In this document: positions 59,855 to 64,000 of the stretch, piece after piece
How positions within the stretch are numbered: position 1 is the first letter of the stretch
Layout of the letters: each line of letters opens with the position of its first letter
DNA from: a phage
Sequence record: OZ556245.1
Strand: one strand, 5' to 3'
DNA: 64,000 bases
Notes under the pieces: generated by a model
Told to the model about the DNA's origin: nothing
What the model saw: the letters and a program-made list of their open reading frames with translations, nothing else
The model's database searches: none
Made by a program: the position numbers and the translations under genes

Positions 59855-60823
59855 TTATTTCAGAAGAGTAACCTCAGCAATTTCTTCCCAACCGTTTTTG
59901 TCGGTCATAATAAAGTCAGCAAGATAAAGAGCAGTACGCAGTGAAACATTGCGTAAACGATTAACATTAACTTTCATCCATGATAATGCTTTATAAGTTT
60001 CTTCATCAGAAAGACCGCGCTTTTGCATCATGTCAGTTGAAAGAATAACATCTTCAACCCTGACCATAATTTCTTCATTAGTGTGAACACCCAAATCTAA
60101 ATAAACCGAGCGGGACACTAATGCTTGTAAATGTGGAGCAAGTTTAGTACCACGGTCTAATTCGCGGTCAATGTCAACGTTTGTGATAAAAACAATCGTT
60201 CCTTTAAATTCAAACTCACGCTCAATGCCTTTTTCTTCTAAGTAAGAAGACGCAGTGCTCCAGCAGACTTTACGGGTCTCTCCAGTGTCCAGAGCGGCTT
60301 TTAGAAGATTAAGAATATCCATATCAGAGAAAACATCCACATCATCAATCAAAAGGACAGAATTCTCTTCACGATTATTCCAAAGCTGCTCATAAAGACC
60401 AATACCAGAGATTTTACCATTAATGCTTTTATATTCAATGTATCCAATATCATTTGCTTTATTCAAAGCTTTATCTAAAGAATACGTTTTACCAATACCT
60501 GCTGCGCCAGAGATAATTAATGAACGAATATTTCCATTAATAATACCATTCGTCATCATTCCCATAACATTAAATCTTTTATTAATGCGGGTTTTCATAT
60601 CTTCATATGATTCTTTAACTTCTTCAACTTTTACACCATCATATGAAATATCTGATTTGTAAACCCAAACACCGCGACGCTTACCGTCAATTTCAACAAA
60701 AACTTTACCATCTCCTTGTGCATCTACCGGAGCATTATCTGGGAACCATTCGCCTAAGAGCTCAAAAGTTCCAGAGATTTCTTTACCGAAGTAGATACCC
60801 TTATTGATAGTTACAGTTTTCAT
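59855..60823 (-). CDS. P-loop NTPase (AAA-like ATPase)
   Basis: ORF-track start is GTG; ATG at 60823 with RBS GGAGAA; Walker A ISGAAGIGKTYS, Walker B VLLIDDVD. Confidence 0.5.
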   Translation of the reverse strand: MKTVTINKGIYFGKEISGTFELLGEWFPDNAPVDAQGDGKVFVEIDGKRRGVWVYKSDISYDGVKVEEVKESYEDMKTRINKRFNVMGMMTNGIINGNIRSLIISGAAGIGKTYSLDKALNKANDIGYIEYKSINGKISGIGLYEQLWNNREENSVLLIDDVDVFSDMDILNLLKAALDTGETRKVCWSTASSYLEEKGIEREFEFKGTIVFITNVDIDRELDRGTKLAPHLQALVSRSVYLDLGVHTNEEIMVRVEDVILSTDMMQKRGLSDEETYKALSWMKVNVNRLRNVSLRTALYLADFIMTDKNGWEEIAEVTLLK

Positions 60824-60859
60824 TTTATTCTCCAATTTCACATTTGTTTTGATAGGGTA

Positions 60860-60889
60860 ATAGTATCACACTACTACCCTACTGTAAAC
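60860..60889 (-). promoter_or_regulatory. T4-type early promoter
   Basis: Minus strand GTTTACA - spacer - TACTAT. Confidence 0.5.
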
Positions 60890-60892
60890 AAT

Positions 60893-61156
60893 TTATTTTA
60901 ATGTTTGCCAAATTTTTACTGCTTCGCGACGAGATACTTCTACAGCTCCAAGTTCTACGGCTTTTTGGCGTCGGCGAGCATGTAAGTCATAATGTTTAAT
61001 GCGTTTATCTTGAAACCAAGAACGTTTCATTCCTATTGCTTCTGCCATTTTATGAAGCTCTTCAATATCTCCATCAGTGAACATATGACAATTTTTAGTT
61101 GGATGACCGCGAAGTTTCCATCCATGATTCATTAAAACATCTACGTAAACTGTCAT
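60893..61156 (-). CDS. Hypothetical protein (nrdC.11-like)
   Basis: 87-aa ORF. Confidence 0.4.
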   Translation of the reverse strand: MTVYVDVLMNHGWKLRGHPTKNCHMFTDGDIEELHKMAEAIGMKRSWFQDKRIKHYDLHARRRQKAVELGAVEVSRREAVKIWQTLK

Positions 61157-61302
61157 TGATTCTGCTCCAAATATGTTTCTATAATTTTCTGAGCGAGATA
61201 AACTGCGTTATCTTCAGTTGCATCTTCTAAGAAATTTTCAAAATAAACTGAAATTTCTTCTGTGTCAATCAACTTTTTTACTTCAATTAACGTAGTTTTC
61301 AT
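61153..61302 (-). CDS. Small acidic protein
   Basis: 49 codons MKTTLIEVKKLIDTEEISVYFENFLEDATEDNAVYLAQK..., coupled ATGA to the next gene. Confidence 0.35.
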   Translation of the reverse strand: MKTTLIEVKKLIDTEEISVYFENFLEDATEDNAVYLAQKIIETYLEQNQ

Positions 61303-61336
61303 TTTATTCCCCAAATCCGTATCAGTTGATAGTTGT

Positions 61337-61366
61337 ATAGTACCATAAAGCTTTATGCTTGTAAAC
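61337..61366 (-). promoter_or_regulatory. T4-type early promoter inside the 76-bp repeat
   Basis: Identical to 4418-4447. Confidence 0.55.
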
Positions 61367-61390
61367 CGTTTTGTGAAAAAATTTTGAAAT

Positions 61391-61414
61391 AAAAAAGGGA
61401 GCCCGAAGGCTCCC
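61391..61414 (-). terminator. Rho-independent terminator after the NTase-like gene
   Basis: gggagcc-cgaa-ggctccc followed by U6 on the minus strand. Confidence 0.6.
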
Positions 61415-61416
61415 TA

Positions 61417-62430
61417 TCATTTATAATAACTTCGATGGTTTTCAAGATAAACCCTCTCAAGGAAGTCATCCCAAAAACACATGTCTACTTTTTGCTGCAT
61501 ACCGTTCTTAGAAGCTTCAATGGATGCTGCTTCTACTTGATCGACCACATCTTCCAAAAACTCTTGAACAGTTTTAAATGGATGTTTACCCAACTTCACG
61601 TCGAGAATAAATGGAGCGTCTTGAAGTGGATAGACTAAGTCACCAGTTTTGTAAATTTCCAATAGTTGGAGTCCACCACGGCAAGCATGACTCAGAGCTT
61701 TCCAGTCAATGCCCTCATTAGCTTCGGCCTTACGAGCGCGTTCGCCGTATTCAGCATCAAGTTTATTCAAAGATTGCTTAAGCTCGATAAGAGAAAGCGT
61801 TGTTTGATATTTACGACCCAACACGGTGTAGAACGTTTGTGGGCCTGTTTTCTCATGATTATGGAATACCCATTCACAGAATTCGTTCTCTGGAAGACGA
61901 TGCTTAATATCTTCAACTTTAGTTCGACGCTGCTTAATGGAACCGTCTTCTTGGTAATCAACCCATTGCTCAGGGATTTGATTAACTACTTTCAATACAT
62001 CACGTAATGCGGCCAAACGAGAACCCTTAACACCGTATTTAGAAGCTTGCTTGCGAACATATCCTAAATAGGATTTCATGTTAGTCGTATAAAAACGAGA
62101 ACGATTGTCTTGAATAAACTTCCATACATCAGGCAAATCAGATTTAACCACTAGTTCCGGTGGAGTGTGGAGCATATCCAATGCTACAGTTTCACCATCT
62201 GCAGCTAATTTAAAGAAATACTTAAGACTATATAGTTCATGGTCAATATCATCTTTAGTGTTTTTAGATGATGTGTTGTTAGTGTTTTTACTCATATGCT
62301 CTTTAACATTTCCGATAAGAATATCGCGAGCAGGAGGAACAAAGATTTCTTTAAAATCTACATCAGATTCTGGAGTAGAAGTTCCATAAAGATGACTACC
62401 AAAATAGCTTTTCATTACTGTTTTCATCAT
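61417..62430 (-). CDS. Putative Pol-beta-superfamily nucleotidyltransferase-like protein
   Basis: 337 aa; N-terminal YFGSHLYGTSTPESDVDF matches the G[SG]-x9-D-x-D NTase signature; coupled ATGA to the upstream membrane-protein gene. Confidence 0.4.
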   Translation of the reverse strand: MMKTVMKSYFGSHLYGTSTPESDVDFKEIFVPPARDILIGNVKEHMSKNTNNTSSKNTKDDIDHELYSLKYFFKLAADGETVALDMLHTPPELVVKSDLPDVWKFIQDNRSRFYTTNMKSYLGYVRKQASKYGVKGSRLAALRDVLKVVNQIPEQWVDYQEDGSIKQRRTKVEDIKHRLPENEFCEWVFHNHEKTGPQTFYTVLGRKYQTTLSLIELKQSLNKLDAEYGERARKAEANEGIDWKALSHACRGGLQLLEIYKTGDLVYPLQDAPFILDVKLGKHPFKTVQEFLEDVVDQVEAASIEASKNGMQQKVDMCFWDDFLERVYLENHRSYYK

Positions 62431-62912
62431 TCAGCCTTATATTCAATAACAGGACATACTTTAGCTTTACGCGCTTTTAAAAATTCGACGATAATAGATT
62501 TCTTGGGTTGAATAGGCTCAAGTCCATTTTTGATTCGTTCTTCGTTTTGTACAATGAGCTCAATTTCTTTATTGAGCTTTCGGTCGTTATATTTGTCTAA
62601 CAACCAGGAAGGACCAATTACCGCCCCGACAGCAATAAGAACCATGACCGATAATGCTAAAATGCCTATACCAATTGAAGCCGGAACTAATGTCCATAGG
62701 CTACTAAAGACAAAGAATTTAATTAAAATTTCTTGGCCAATTATTGCGGTACCCGCTAAAGTTGCAAATCCAACAATTGAAACAGCTAATACCGGGAGAA
62801 ACGTTTTCCAAAAATAAGCACATAACGTTTTTGGACGATTCCATGTGCTGTTAAATGCCGAGTAAATTTTATAGTGCCAAGAGTTTTCATTAATAACCAT
62901 AATTATAATCAT
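62427..62912 (-). CDS. Multi-pass membrane protein
   Basis: 161 aa with hydrophobic helices (FLPVLAVSIVGFATLAGTAIIG; IGILALSVMVLIAVGAVIG). Confidence 0.45.
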   Translation of the reverse strand: MIIIMVINENSWHYKIYSAFNSTWNRPKTLCAYFWKTFLPVLAVSIVGFATLAGTAIIGQEILIKFFVFSSLWTLVPASIGIGILALSVMVLIAVGAVIGPSWLLDKYNDRKLNKEIELIVQNEERIKNGLEPIQPKKSIIVEFLKARKAKVCPVIEYKAE

Positions 62913-63430
62913 CCTTTCATTGAAGGTGTAACAGTTGTTAAATACTTAATCATAGCTTCAGCTTCTGATTTTGATAATGAAATTTCTCCATTGTTTTGAC
63001 GAATAGAAATAAAATCCGGATGACGGTCACCACCAGCTTTTAAAACACACATATAAGTATCAGTTTCATCTTCAATATCTGAAATGATTGAAGCAGTTCC
63101 ACATGAATGTGGTTTTTGATAAATCAATGCAGCTTTTCTTCCACCGTTTGACTGTTCATAAACTTTTAACACATCAAACAAATCACTTCTTTTGTCAATA
63201 GCTAAGATGTTGTTTTCATCTTCAATGTTAAATCCTTCGGATACTTCATAAAGTGTCACCCATAAATCACCTATATCAATAACAGCGTTCACTTTTCCAT
63301 GACTTTCAAGAGCATGACAAATTTTCTTGATTTCATCATAACTCATTTTAATAATATCATCTCCTTGAATAAGAAAGATGTCATTTTTAAATTCAACACG
63401 AATTAAACCGCTTTCACTTGAAATAAACAT
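62909..63430 (-). CDS. Hypothetical protein, paralog of the 63437-64000 ORF
   Basis: 173 aa; C-terminus SKSEAEAMIKYLTTVTPSM resembles TKDEAIALKTYLDSVIPTM of the upstream ORF. Confidence 0.4.
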   Translation of the reverse strand: MFISSESGLIRVEFKNDIFLIQGDDIIKMSYDEIKKICHALESHGKVNAVIDIGDLWVTLYEVSEGFNIEDENNILAIDKRSDLFDVLKVYEQSNGGRKAALIYQKPHSCGTASIISDIEDETDTYMCVLKAGGDRHPDFISIRQNNGEISLSKSEAEAMIKYLTTVTPSMKG

Positions 63431-63436
63431 ATTTCC

Positions 63437-64000
63437 TCACTTTGAAATCATAGTTGGAATGACAGAATCGAGATAAGTCTTTAGCGCAATAGCTTCGTCT
63501 TTGGTAAATGTGACAATATGTGAACGAAAATCATCAATTTGACGAATAGTTAAGACATCTCCATCTTCATAGCATTTTGACACATTTAAAACAGTTTCAT
63601 CATTTTGATCGCACTGATCGCAAGCGTTAGTAATAATAGCATTGCAATTTTTGAGCCATTTTAAACTATGTTTTCTTTCATTAGAATAATAAAAATATTT
63701 AATCTTATCTATAAAACTATCCCAATGGATAACTGATAAACACATTGACTCACTTTTAATATTAAATCCTGGACATGAAGAATAAAAATGAATTTTGTGC
63801 TCATCATTGATGCTTACTATTTTATCAGTATAAGGATATTCAATTTGGGTTAAATGAATGATTTCGCTAGGAGTAAAATATAGCATATCATCTTCTTGTG
63901 TCAAGCGATACATGTTATTTACTTTTTCTATAGCCAATTCACCAAAAAGCGGACTAACTTCTAATACTAATCGTTTCATATTAATCCTTTTTACTGACAT
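63437..64000 (-). CDS. Hypothetical protein (ATG at window edge; may extend upstream)
   Basis: 187-aa ORF whose ATG is the last three bases of the window. Confidence 0.35.
   Translation of the reverse strand: MSVKRINMKRLVLEVSPLFGELAIEKVNNMYRLTQEDDMLYFTPSEIIHLTQIEYPYTDKIVSINDEHKIHFYSSCPGFNIKSESMCLSVIHWDSFIDKIKYFYYSNERKHSLKWLKNCNAIITNACDQCDQNDETVLNVSKCYEDGDVLTIRQIDDFRSHIVTFTKDEAIALKTYLDSVIPTMISK

Noticed and set aside
4407-61401. Repeated near-identical sequence blocks that could be mistaken for a CRISPR array or a transposon's terminal repeats
   Set aside because: Copies are kilobases apart, irregularly spaced, all in direct orientation and each contains a sigma-70-type promoter and leader; there is no repeat-spacer periodicity and no transposase.
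1-64000. tRNA or other structured RNA genes
   Set aside because: No cloverleaf-like segments were recognised by eye; the T4 tRNA cluster lies outside the corresponding genome interval. A tRNAscan run would be needed to be certain.

Overview
The window is a contiguous segment of a T-even (T4-like, Tevenvirinae) phage genome, running from the end of the tail-fibre adhesin gene 38 and holin t, through the early region (asiA, arn, motA, 52, stp, ndd, denB, rIIB, rIIA, 39), the DNA replication/recombination core (dexA, dda, modA/modB, soc, 56, 61, 41, uvsX, 42, 43, regA, 62, 44, 45, 46, 47, alpha-gt, 55), the anaerobic RNR genes (nrdH, nrdG, nrdD), 49, pin and nrdC, into a block of uncharacterised early ORFs. 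Gene calls rest on product length, recognisable motifs and T4 synteny recalled from memory; no database search was possible. Apart from gene 38 and t, every gene is on the minus strand, and many ORF-track starts were GTG/TTG artefacts that I trimmed to the nearest ATG with a Shine-Dalgarno. Several features point to a T2/T6-like rather than T4 backbone: a glycine-rich gp38 adhesin, an unsplit gene 39, an intron-less nrdD, no recognisable seg/mob homing endonuclease genes, and a different glycosyltransferase in the beta-gt slot. Intergenic regions carry T4-type early promoters, UUCG-loop hairpins at gene boundaries, and a recurring promoter/leader cassette including a 76-bp perfect direct repeat 57 kb apart. 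The best candidates for something undescribed are a translationally coupled operon at 61417-64000 ending in a Pol-beta-type nucleotidyltransferase-like protein next to a membrane protein, a tandem family of four paralogous coiled-coil proteins at 54430-58392, and a P-loop ATPase at 59855-60823; all three are unverified inferences.
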